Positions 37,015 through 46,003 of a DNA stretch of 64,000 nt are shown piece after piece. The notes beneath the pieces were generated by a model. The model made no database searches. It saw only the letters and a list, made by a program, of their open reading frames with translations, and had not been told where the DNA came from. Location of the stretch: the NCBI GenBank assembly GCA_030523725.1, contig JAUNHV010000005.1:43323-107322 (forward strand). Direction: 5' to 3'. This DNA is from Synergistaceae bacterium (GTDB taxonomy: Bacteria > Synergistota > Synergistia > Synergistales > Synergistaceae). A program made the translations under genes and the position numbers. How positions within the stretch are numbered: position 1 is the first letter of the stretch; each line of letters begins with the position of its first letter.

Positions 37015-39951
37015 TTACTTTATCCTCTTCATAATATCCATCACATGCATATCAGGATTATCGGCATTTTGCGTAAGAAGGCAGGCAGTTTTGATGAACA
37101 TTTTTCTAAAATTATATATGGTTTCTTCCTTGTAAGCACAGGCGTTGTAATCCATATAGAGTTTGCAACCTTCATCGGTTTCGTGTATTTCCATATTCAA
37201 AAGGTTGTTGGCACAATCTGTTTCCGTTGGGATTTTTGCAATGGTAAATTGCAAGGAACCTTCTGCACAAATATTTCTTAAATTTCCTTGGTAAAGGACA
37301 GAGGCATCATCACTATCTTCACAGAAATGTTCCGGTCCTGGGTAAGGATAACATAAATAGCGAATATCATTATTGACCTGCTCTGCCACGTTTTTATATA
37401 AATTTGCTAGTGTTATTTTTTCGTCAAAGCATATGCCGACATACAAGTCACGCAAAAATGCAGCTATTACATGTTTTTCACTCAGCATAGCACGTCCATT
37501 ATGCACCCAAGACACTCTTATGTTCTTTGTTCCATTATATGTAGCTATTGCTATACATGCCACGGCAATAAAAAATGAATTTTTTCCTACACCATACTGT
37601 TTATGCATCTTTTCGTATGACTGCTCATCAAGTGGAATCATAACTTCCATATTTGCATAGCGGTTTTCCTTGGTTTCAAAATCCTGCGCAAGGCATATAT
37701 CCCAATTTATCCCATCAAATGTCTTTTTGTAATACTCGCGAGCTTCTTCATACAAGGGAGAATTGATTTGCTTTGCTCTGTCTTCAAGAGCTGCAAAATA
37801 ATAATTTGGCTCAAGGGGCTTTCCGTCATAGGCTCTGCTTATGTCCTCTATGAGTATGTGTAGCGAAGTGCCGTCTGCAACACTATTATGCAAATCGAAG
37901 AAGAGATAGCCGCCAATTTCTGTTTTGAAAAGACGAATCCTATAGAGTGATTTGTTTAACAACACAAAAGGCTTCACAAGCTGTTCACTTTCATCCACAA
38001 AGTCTGCTTCCGAAATTTCTTCGAGCTTTATATCAAATACCTTGTCCTTGTCATAATTTTGCACAAGCTCCGCAGTTTTGCTAAAGGCATATACAGACGA
38101 AAAAATCGGATGTGCAGCAAGTACAGTATCTACTGCTTTTTTTAGGCGCTCCATATCTGTGTCACGTCCAAACTTTAACAGCACTGGCATATTCCACACA
38201 GTGGAGTCAGGATAATAGCATTGATAGTCAAACATAAAAATCTGCTCTGCAGAAAGTGGCAAATTTTGTTTAGGCGCACGAGCGTTACGCTCGGCAAGGC
38301 TCTCTGTTTTACCATTGGTTGCCTTTTCATAGAGCTCTGCAATTTTTTTAGGGGTTCGCCCTGCCAAAAATATATTAACGTCGAGCTGATCTAAATTTAG
38401 TTTAGTAATGACCTGTATAGAGCTTATAGAATCTCCGCCAATTTCATAGAAGTCATCTTCAACACCAATTCTTTCGATACCAAGAACCGATGCAATAGCA
38501 CTGCAGAGTTTTTCTTCCATCTCGTTTGATGGTGCAACATAATCCTTAAAGTAGCTTTTGAAATCCGGTGCTGGAAGGTCATTTCTTTTGAATTTTCCGT
38601 TTGAGCTTACTGGAATTTTATCAATTTTTATGTAAAATGCCGGCACCATGTAGGGCACAAGTTTTTCACTGATAATTTTTTTTGCTTCCTCAATTGGTAA
38701 AACTGGTTCATCTATGTAGTAAGCACAGACGAAATTATTTTTCCCTTCAGTAAAGACTTTAACGCCAACCCACTCCGTACCAAGCACTTCTTTTACAGCA
38801 ACTTCAATTTCGGCAGGTTCAACCCTGTTGCCGTTTATTTTCACCATGTCGTCACTTCGGCCAAGTATTAAGAAATTACCATCTGGCAGAATTTTTGCCA
38901 TATCTCCGCTTCTCACATAACCATTTCTAAAGATGTCCGCATTCCTCTCTGACAAATTTAGGTAGCCTCTAAAATAAGGGTTACGGTAGCAAATCTCACC
39001 TACTTCACCATCTTCTACAGGGAAACCGTTTTCATTCATAAGGCAAACATTAGCTTCTTCGATAGTTGCTCTCCCCGACGGGACAGTTTCATAGCTCTTG
39101 TCAAGGAGAAAAGCCAGAAGCACAAGTCCTGACTCCGACAGTGCATACATATTGTAGGAGTCAATTCCCTCAAGGAAAAGTCCGTTTGCAGGCTCACCGC
39201 CCATAACAAGTTTTTTAATGCTCTTCGGCAATTTTGGCATGACACGGATAAGTGAGGGTGTAAAAAATCCTGTTGTAATCTGGTATTTATCCATGATATC
39301 CACGAGTATATTGGTGTTCTTCATCGTTTCTAGCGTTATAACTATCAAGCTTGCAGCAACATCTATCACAGCATGAAACAATATTACTGTAGCAGTAAAA
39401 TTAAGCGGTGTTAGCTGGACAACTCTATCGTCATGATTAAAGGTTGCTACCCCTTTGTGTTGCCATGATTTTACCGCAAGAAACTGTGTCCCATATTCGT
39501 GCATTACGCCCTTTGGATTTCCTGTTGTGCCAGATGTGTAAACAATATAGGAGAGGTCGTGGGGATTGGCTACTTTGTAGCCTTCTAGGACTTCACATTT
39601 CATCATTTCTTCAAACACATTTTCGTCAATGACTAACTTGCAATTAGCATCACGCTTGATAAATTCTCGCTTTTTTTCAGGATAATTTGTTTCAAGCATG
39701 ACATAAGCTGCTCCTGCTTTCCACACACCAACAAGTGTCACAAATGGTTTTGCACCACGTGGCAAAAGAATCATTACAACATCTTCCTTGCCAATGCCAC
39801 GCTCTGTGAGGTATCTATAAACCTTGCCAGAGGCAACATCAAGTTCGTGATATGTCAATGAAGTGTCTTTCGCAACATCTATTATTGCCGTGTGATTCGG
39901 GTATGCTGTACAATTTTCAGCAAATTTTTTAATAAGACTAAATTCTTCCAT
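37015..39951 (-). CDS. NRPS-like A-T-C protein 1 (last gene of the operon); C domain has HNxxxDG
   Basis: A-domain cores are LTYHEL, YTSGTTGNPKG, GEICYRNPYFRGYLN, YVRSGD, GRSDDMVKINGNRVEPAEIE, VPYMVP and NGKFKRNDLP. The carrier motif is FYEIGGDSIS. The condensation domain reads FFDLHNSVADGTS. I place the start at MEEFSLIKKF (ATG at 39951, after AGAGGGA). The 10-codon track extension overlaps the upstream gene. Confidence 0.85.
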   Translation of the reverse strand: MEEFSLIKKFAENCTAYPNHTAIIDVAKDTSLTYHELDVASGKVYRYLTERGIGKEDVVMILLPRGAKPFVTLVGVWKAGAAYVMLETNYPEKKREFIKRDANCKLVIDENVFEEMMKCEVLEGYKVANPHDLSYIVYTSGTTGNPKGVMHEYGTQFLAVKSWQHKGVATFNHDDRVVQLTPLNFTATVILFHAVIDVAASLIVITLETMKNTNILVDIMDKYQITTGFFTPSLIRVMPKLPKSIKKLVMGGEPANGLFLEGIDSYNMYALSESGLVLLAFLLDKSYETVPSGRATIEEANVCLMNENGFPVEDGEVGEICYRNPYFRGYLNLSERNADIFRNGYVRSGDMAKILPDGNFLILGRSDDMVKINGNRVEPAEIEVAVKEVLGTEWVGVKVFTEGKNNFVCAYYIDEPVLPIEEAKKIISEKLVPYMVPAFYIKIDKIPVSSNGKFKRNDLPAPDFKSYFKDYVAPSNEMEEKLCSAIASVLGIERIGVEDDFYEIGGDSISSIQVITKLNLDQLDVNIFLAGRTPKKIAELYEKATNGKTESLAERNARAPKQNLPLSAEQIFMFDYQCYYPDSTVWNMPVLLKFGRDTDMERLKKAVDTVLAAHPIFSSVYAFSKTAELVQNYDKDKVFDIKLEEISEADFVDESEQLVKPFVLLNKSLYRIRLFKTEIGGYLFFDLHNSVADGTSLHILIEDISRAYDGKPLEPNYYFAALEDRAKQINSPLYEEAREYYKKTFDGINWDICLAQDFETKENRYANMEVMIPLDEQSYEKMHKQYGVGKNSFFIAVACIAIATYNGTKNIRVSWVHNGRAMLSEKHVIAAFLRDLYVGICFDEKITLANLYKNVAEQVNNDIRYLCYPYPGPEHFCEDSDDASVLYQGNLRNICAEGSLQFTIAKIPTETDCANNLLNMEIHETDEGCKLYMDYNACAYKEETIYNFRKMFIKTACLLTQNADNPDMHVMDIMKRIK
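38825..39630. repeat. 806-bp block 100% identical to 41772-42577 (A-domain core of proteins 1 and 2)
   Basis: I compared the two stretches base by base at an offset of 2947 and found no mismatch. The flanks diverge: C/T at 38824 versus 41771, and G/A at 39631 versus 42578. Confidence 0.9.
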
Positions 39952-39964
39952 TTGTTTCCCTCTA

Positions 39965-42898
39965 CTATTTGCGGATTGCACTTATAATTTCCATTACCTT
40001 CATTTCGTGGTTCTCAATATGCTCCATCAAAAGGCATGCCGTTTTCATAAACATATTTTTGAATCGATTTATTGACTCCTTTTTATAGGCACTTGCATTG
40101 TATTTTAATTCAAGACAGCAACCGTCATCAATGTCCAAAATTTCGATATCAAGTAAATTATCACTATGGGCATTGTCTAGTGGTAAGGCAGAAAAAGTAT
40201 ATGCAAGCTCACCTTCACCCGAAAAACTTTCCAAGTCAGCTAAATAGTTAAGGTTAATATTTTTGTCTGCTGAAATGAGTAGCCACTCCGGCACATAGTA
40301 CGAATAATGTATATTATTACGCATTTGCTCAATCATATCAAGATATACATTTTCCAAAGTTTTTGTCTTGCTGAAACGCATCCCTACCCCAAAGCATTTA
40401 TATAAAAATCCAAACACACGTGCATTCATAGAATTTGTTCTACCATTGTGGATCCATGTCATTCTTACTTCGTCTCTCTCGTTATAGGCAGATACAGCAA
40501 TACAGGTTGCTACAATGAAAAAAGCATTTTTATTAAGACCATGCACCTTTTGCATTTTTTCATAACATTTTTCCTCAATTGGAATTTTGACATTCATGGT
40601 GCCTAATGTATGATCTTCTGTATCAAAGTCAACATTGAGATAAGGCAGCGTCTCATATCCTTTGAATAGATTGTCATAGTATTGCTTGGCTTCTTCATAC
40701 AATGGCGAATGAATCGTTCTTTGGTAATAATCTCGAACAGCAAAATAATAATCCGGTTCAATTGGTTTTCCATCATATACCTTAGTAATATCATCTAACA
40801 ATATATGTATTGAAGTGCCGTCTGAAATACTATGGTGAAAATTGCAGAAAAGATATCCTCCCCGTTCTGTCTTAAAAAGCCTTATTCTGTAAAGTGGCTT
40901 TTCCAAAAGATCAAATGGCTGGACAAGGCTTTTTTTCAGCGTTTCAAATTCTGCTTCTGTAATCTCCTCAATCTTTGTATCAAAAATTTTGTCAGGATTG
41001 AATCTTTGCACTGGCTCGTTATTTTTCCCCCATACATACATAGTTGAAAAAACAGGATGAGCTTTGAGCACGGTATCAAGTGCTTTTTTAAGACGCCCCA
41101 TATCAGTATTACGCCCAAATTTAAGAAGCGTCGGCAAATACCAAGCCAATGAATCTGGATAACTGCTTTGATAGTCAAACATAAAAATCTGCTCTGTAGA
41201 AAGTGGCAAATCTTTTTTTTGTGCTTGAGCATTTTGCTCCTCAAGACTCTCTGTTTTACTCTTTGCTGCTTCTTTGTAAAGTGCTGCTATTTTTCTTGCG
41301 GTGCGCCCTGCTAAAAACATATTAACGTCAAGCATATCCAGCTTCATTTGTGTAATAACTTTTATTACACAAATTGAGTCACCACCTATCTCATAAAAAT
41401 CATTCTCTACGCCAACACGCTCTATGCAAAGAACGGACGCCATAACCTGGCACAATTTTTCTTCCAGTTCGTTTGACGGTGCAACATATTCCTTTATATA
41501 ACTTTTGAAATCCGGTGCCGGCAAGTCATTTCTTTTGAATTTTCCGTTTGAGCTTACTGGAATTTTATCAATTTTTATGTAAAAGGCTGGAACCATGTAG
41601 GGCACAAGTTTCTCGCTAATAATCTTCTTTGCGTCCTCAATTGGTAAGACTGGTTCACCTATGTAGTAAGCACAAACGAAACTTTTTTGCCCTTCAGTGA
41701 AAATTCTAACGCCCACCCACTCCGTGCCGAGCACTTTCTTTACAGCAACTTCAATTTCAGCTGGCTCAACTCTGTTGCCGTTTATTTTCACCATGTCGTC
41801 ACTTCGGCCAAGTATTAAGAAATTACCATCTGGCAGAATTTTTGCCATATCTCCGCTTCTCACATAACCATTTCTAAAGATGTCCGCATTCCTCTCTGAC
41901 AAATTTAGGTAGCCTCTAAAATAAGGGTTACGGTAGCAAATCTCACCTACTTCACCATCTTCTACAGGGAAACCGTTTTCATTCATAAGGCAAACATTAG
42001 CTTCTTCGATAGTTGCTCTCCCCGACGGGACAGTTTCATAGCTCTTGTCAAGGAGAAAAGCCAGAAGCACAAGTCCTGACTCCGACAGTGCATACATATT
42101 GTAGGAGTCAATTCCCTCAAGGAAAAGTCCGTTTGCAGGCTCACCGCCCATAACAAGTTTTTTAATGCTCTTCGGCAATTTTGGCATGACACGGATAAGT
42201 GAGGGTGTAAAAAATCCTGTTGTAATCTGGTATTTATCCATGATATCCACGAGTATATTGGTGTTCTTCATCGTTTCTAGCGTTATAACTATCAAGCTTG
42301 CAGCAACATCTATCACAGCATGAAACAATATTACTGTAGCAGTAAAATTAAGCGGTGTTAGCTGGACAACTCTATCGTCATGATTAAAGGTTGCTACCCC
42401 TTTGTGTTGCCATGATTTTACCGCAAGAAACTGTGTCCCATATTCGTGCATTACGCCCTTTGGATTTCCTGTTGTGCCAGATGTGTAAACAATATAGGAG
42501 AGGTCGTGGGGATTGGCTACTTTGTAGCCTTCTAGGACTTCACATTTCATCATTTCTTCAAACACATTTTCGTCAATAACTAATTTGCAATTTGCGTCAC
42601 GCTTGATAAATTCTCGTTTTTCCGCTGGGTAATCTGTTTCAAGCATAACATAAGCTGCACCAGCTTTCCACACACCGACAATAGCAGCAAAAGGTTTTGC
42701 TCCACGTGGAAGAAGAATCATTATCACATCTTCCTTGCCTATGCCACGCTCTGTAAGGTATCTATATACCCTGCCGGAATACTCATCAAGCTCGTGATAT
42801 GTCATTGCTGTGTCTTTCGCAACATCTATTATTGCCGTGTGATTTGGGTGTGCTGTGCAATTTTCAGCAAATTTTTTAATAAGACTAAATTCTTCCAT
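39965..42898 (-). CDS. NRPS-like A-T-C protein 2
   Basis: The core motifs are the same. The carrier motif is FYEIGGDSIC and the C domain reads FHHSISDGTS. The A-domain core is identical to protein 1 over 806 bp. Confidence 0.85.
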   Translation of the reverse strand: MEEFSLIKKFAENCTAHPNHTAIIDVAKDTAMTYHELDEYSGRVYRYLTERGIGKEDVIMILLPRGAKPFAAIVGVWKAGAAYVMLETDYPAEKREFIKRDANCKLVIDENVFEEMMKCEVLEGYKVANPHDLSYIVYTSGTTGNPKGVMHEYGTQFLAVKSWQHKGVATFNHDDRVVQLTPLNFTATVILFHAVIDVAASLIVITLETMKNTNILVDIMDKYQITTGFFTPSLIRVMPKLPKSIKKLVMGGEPANGLFLEGIDSYNMYALSESGLVLLAFLLDKSYETVPSGRATIEEANVCLMNENGFPVEDGEVGEICYRNPYFRGYLNLSERNADIFRNGYVRSGDMAKILPDGNFLILGRSDDMVKINGNRVEPAEIEVAVKKVLGTEWVGVRIFTEGQKSFVCAYYIGEPVLPIEDAKKIISEKLVPYMVPAFYIKIDKIPVSSNGKFKRNDLPAPDFKSYIKEYVAPSNELEEKLCQVMASVLCIERVGVENDFYEIGGDSICVIKVITQMKLDMLDVNMFLAGRTARKIAALYKEAAKSKTESLEEQNAQAQKKDLPLSTEQIFMFDYQSSYPDSLAWYLPTLLKFGRNTDMGRLKKALDTVLKAHPVFSTMYVWGKNNEPVQRFNPDKIFDTKIEEITEAEFETLKKSLVQPFDLLEKPLYRIRLFKTERGGYLFCNFHHSISDGTSIHILLDDITKVYDGKPIEPDYYFAVRDYYQRTIHSPLYEEAKQYYDNLFKGYETLPYLNVDFDTEDHTLGTMNVKIPIEEKCYEKMQKVHGLNKNAFFIVATCIAVSAYNERDEVRMTWIHNGRTNSMNARVFGFLYKCFGVGMRFSKTKTLENVYLDMIEQMRNNIHYSYYVPEWLLISADKNINLNYLADLESFSGEGELAYTFSALPLDNAHSDNLLDIEILDIDDGCCLELKYNASAYKKESINRFKNMFMKTACLLMEHIENHEMKVMEIISAIRK
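41772..42577. repeat. Partner copy of the 806-bp identical block
   Basis: See 38825-39630. The identical shadow ORFs in the track (39036..39245 = 41983..42192; 39444..39632 = 42391..42579) confirm it. Confidence 0.9.
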
Positions 42899-42980
42899 TT
42901 GCTTTTTATCCCCTTTTCATAACTAATTACTTCGAACTTTACAAGTAGAGCCCCTGCTTTGCATCATAGTGGTCGATTTT

Positions 42981-45923
42981 TCACTTTATCCTCTTTATAA
43001 TATCCATCATACACATATCAGGATTATCGACATTTTGTGCAAGGGCACAGGCTGCCTTAATAAACATTTCCTTGAAACGCTCCATGCTCTCTTTTTTATA
43101 CACGCTCGCATTATAATCCATATAAAGCTTGCACCCTTCGTTTGTTTCGTGTATTTCAACATCCAACAAATTGTCAGCACCGTCTGCCTGCCCTGGCAGT
43201 TCTGCCACAGTGAAATTCAAACTTCCTTCTGCTTCAAGGCTACGCAAATTTGACTGATATATTAGATTTACATCACCATGGTTTTTTATTGCATCTTCTA
43301 TGCTAGGATAAGAACAACATGCATATTTGACATTATTCCTCACCTGTCTTGCTGTCTCTTCCAGCAATGCCCCAAGTGTTTTTAGTTCATCAAAATGAAG
43401 TCCAACGTAAAAATAGTTAAGAAGTTCTCCAACTGCATGCTGTGCACTCACTGCGTCTCGTCCATTGTAAATCCATCCTACCCTGATGTTGCTCGACTCA
43501 TTATAGATGGACATGGCCACGGCTGTTACTGCAATAAAAAATGCATTTTTCCCAAGTCCATAGATCTCTCGCATTTTTTCATAATATGCAGAATCAAGTG
43601 GTATCATTGCTGTCATGTTGCCGTATGTATTTTCTTGTGTATCAAAATCGGACTTTAGGCGTGCATCCCATTCATATTTTTTTATGGAATTATTGTAATA
43701 CTCCTTGCCTTCTTCACGCAAAGGAGAGGCCTGGCTTTTCTTTTGGTCGTCCAAGAAAACAAAATAATAATCTGGCTCTAGTGGCTTTCCGTCATAAGCA
43801 AGACATATATCATTCTTTAGGACATGTATGGAAGTTCCATCAACTATGCTGTGATGAAAATCCATAAAAAGGTATCCACCACACTCAGTGCGAAAAAGGC
43901 GAACTCTAAACATAGGCTTATTAAGAAGCTCGAAAGGTCTAACAAAATTTTTGCTTTCTTTTGCAAAATCTGCCTCGGATATTTCTTCAATCTTTGTATC
44001 AAAAATCTTGTTTGCATCATATTTTTGCACAAGCTGTTTTTCTGCATTATAGGCAAAAACGATTGAAAACATTGGATGCACTTTAAGTGCGATATCAACT
44101 GCTTTTTTTAGACGTTCCACATCTGTGTCACGTCCAAACTTTAAAAGCATTGAAACATTCCACATAGTGGAATCTGGATAACGTAATTGATAATCTATGA
44201 CATATTGTTGCTGTATTGAAATGGGGTGGTCCTTTGTTAATTCCAAAGCATTACGCTCATCAAGACTCTTTACGCCTTCTTTAGTGGCTTCTTCGTAAAG
44301 CTTTGCTATTTTTGCCGGAGTGCGCCCAACAAAAAGAGTATTCACATCAAGCTGAGGCAAATTTAGTTTAGTAATGACTTTTATTGCATTTACAGAATCT
44401 CCACCAATTTCATAAAAATCATCTGTTACACCAACACGTTCAAGCTCCAAAACCGATGCCATGACCTGGCACAATTTTTCTTCCAGTTCGTTTGACGGTG
44501 CCACATATTCTTTTATGTAACTTTTGAAATCCGGTGCTGGCAGGTCGTTTCTCTTGAATTTTCCATTTGCATTCACTGGAATTTTATCAATCTTTATGTA
44601 AAAGGCTGGAACCATATAGGGCACAAGTTTCTCGCTAATAATTTTCTTTGCTTCCTCAATTGGTAAAACAGGTTCACCTATGTAGTAAGCACAAACAAAA
44701 CTTTTTTGTCCTTCAGTGAAAATTCTAACGCCAACCCATTCCGTGCCAAGCACATGCTTTACAGCAACTTCAATTTCAGCTGGCTCAACTCTGTTGCCGT
44801 TTATTTTCACCATATCATCAGTTCTGCCAAGGACTAGAAAATTGCCATCCGGCAGAATTTTTGCCATATCACCACTTCTAACATAACCCTTTCTAAAGAC
44901 GCTTGCATTCTTCTCCGGCAAATTCAAATAGCCTCTAAAATAAGGGTTATGGTAACAGATTTCTCCAACTTCACCATCCTTGACAAGGTTGCCATTTTCA
45001 TCCTGTATGCAAATATCCATCTCCGGCACAGTAGGTTTACCCGCCGGTGCTTTTTCGTAAGCTTTGTCTAATTTAAAAATCAGTATGGAAGTACCCGATT
45101 CAGACTGACCATATCTACCATAAACATCACAACCTTCGTAATACACGTTATTTACTGGCTCTGCACCGACTAACACAGTTTTAACGCATTCAGGTATTTT
45201 TGGAATCAACCTTAAATGTGAAGTAGTGAAAAAAGCAACCGTTACCTTATATTCGTTTATCACAGCCAAAACACGTTCAATATTTCTCACATCTGACAAT
45301 GGAAGCACAATAATGGTAGCACAAGCATACATCACTGTGTGAAATGTCATTATAGTTGCGGTAAAATTTAATGGCGCCATAAGAGTAGTTATGTCACCGT
45401 AACTAAAAATAGCCTTACCACCATACTTACGCCTTGCTCCTTTTGCAACAAGAGACTGCGTCCCATATTCGTGCATAACTCCCTTTGGATTTCCTGTGGT
45501 GCCGGAAGTGTAAACAATATAGGAGAGGTCGTGGGGATTAGCGACCCTGTAGCCTTCTAGGACTTCACATTTCATCATTTCTTCAAACACATTTTCGTCA
45601 ATGACTAATTTGCAATTTGCATCACGCTTGATAAATTCTCGTTTTTGCTCTGGATATTCCACCTCAAGCATAACGTATGCTGCTCCGGCTTTCCACACGC
45701 CAACAACCGTTACAAAAGGCTTTGCACCACGTGGCAAAAGAATCATTACAACGTCTTCCTTGCCAATGCCACGCTCTGTGAGGTATCTATATACCCTGCC
45801 AGAGGCAACATCAAGCTCGTGATAGGACATTGAAGTGTCTTTCGCAACATCTATTATTGCCGTGTAATTCGGATGTGCTGCACAATCTTCAGCAAATTTT
45901 TTAATAAGACTAAATTCTTCCAT
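42981..45923 (-). CDS. NRPS-like A-T-C protein 3
   Basis: Motifs are YTSGTTGNPKG, GEICYHNPYFRGYLN, GRTDDMVKINGNRVEPAEIE and NGKFKRNDLP. The carrier motif is FYEIGGDSVN. The C domain reads FHHSIVDGTS. Confidence 0.85.
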   Translation of the reverse strand: MEEFSLIKKFAEDCAAHPNYTAIIDVAKDTSMSYHELDVASGRVYRYLTERGIGKEDVVMILLPRGAKPFVTVVGVWKAGAAYVMLEVEYPEQKREFIKRDANCKLVIDENVFEEMMKCEVLEGYRVANPHDLSYIVYTSGTTGNPKGVMHEYGTQSLVAKGARRKYGGKAIFSYGDITTLMAPLNFTATIMTFHTVMYACATIIVLPLSDVRNIERVLAVINEYKVTVAFFTTSHLRLIPKIPECVKTVLVGAEPVNNVYYEGCDVYGRYGQSESGTSILIFKLDKAYEKAPAGKPTVPEMDICIQDENGNLVKDGEVGEICYHNPYFRGYLNLPEKNASVFRKGYVRSGDMAKILPDGNFLVLGRTDDMVKINGNRVEPAEIEVAVKHVLGTEWVGVRIFTEGQKSFVCAYYIGEPVLPIEEAKKIISEKLVPYMVPAFYIKIDKIPVNANGKFKRNDLPAPDFKSYIKEYVAPSNELEEKLCQVMASVLELERVGVTDDFYEIGGDSVNAIKVITKLNLPQLDVNTLFVGRTPAKIAKLYEEATKEGVKSLDERNALELTKDHPISIQQQYVIDYQLRYPDSTMWNVSMLLKFGRDTDVERLKKAVDIALKVHPMFSIVFAYNAEKQLVQKYDANKIFDTKIEEISEADFAKESKNFVRPFELLNKPMFRVRLFRTECGGYLFMDFHHSIVDGTSIHVLKNDICLAYDGKPLEPDYYFVFLDDQKKSQASPLREEGKEYYNNSIKKYEWDARLKSDFDTQENTYGNMTAMIPLDSAYYEKMREIYGLGKNAFFIAVTAVAMSIYNESSNIRVGWIYNGRDAVSAQHAVGELLNYFYVGLHFDELKTLGALLEETARQVRNNVKYACCSYPSIEDAIKNHGDVNLIYQSNLRSLEAEGSLNFTVAELPGQADGADNLLDVEIHETNEGCKLYMDYNASVYKKESMERFKEMFIKAACALAQNVDNPDMCMMDIIKRIK

Positions 45924-46003
45924 TTGCTTTTAAGCCCCTTTCATTTAATAACTCACTTCGCTCTCTACAACTAGAGCCTCTACTTTGTCAATGTTCTTTT
46001 TTA

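Noticed and set aside
36988-37281. Plus-strand ORFs at the 3' ends of the synthetase genes (36988..37281, 42969..43253, 51744..51941) that share LYPLHNIHH.HIRIIDI.
   Set aside because: They are antisense shadows of the conserved C-terminal tail of the minus-strand genes. Their apparent conservation only mirrors the paralogy of the real genes.
39952-39981. The ten-codon N-terminal extension MQSANSRGKQ on synthetases 1 and 4 (also at 48938-48967).
   Set aside because: It overlaps the 3' end of the upstream gene. The internal ATG (MEEFSLIKKF) has a proper AGAGGGA RBS and matches the N-termini of the other paralogues.
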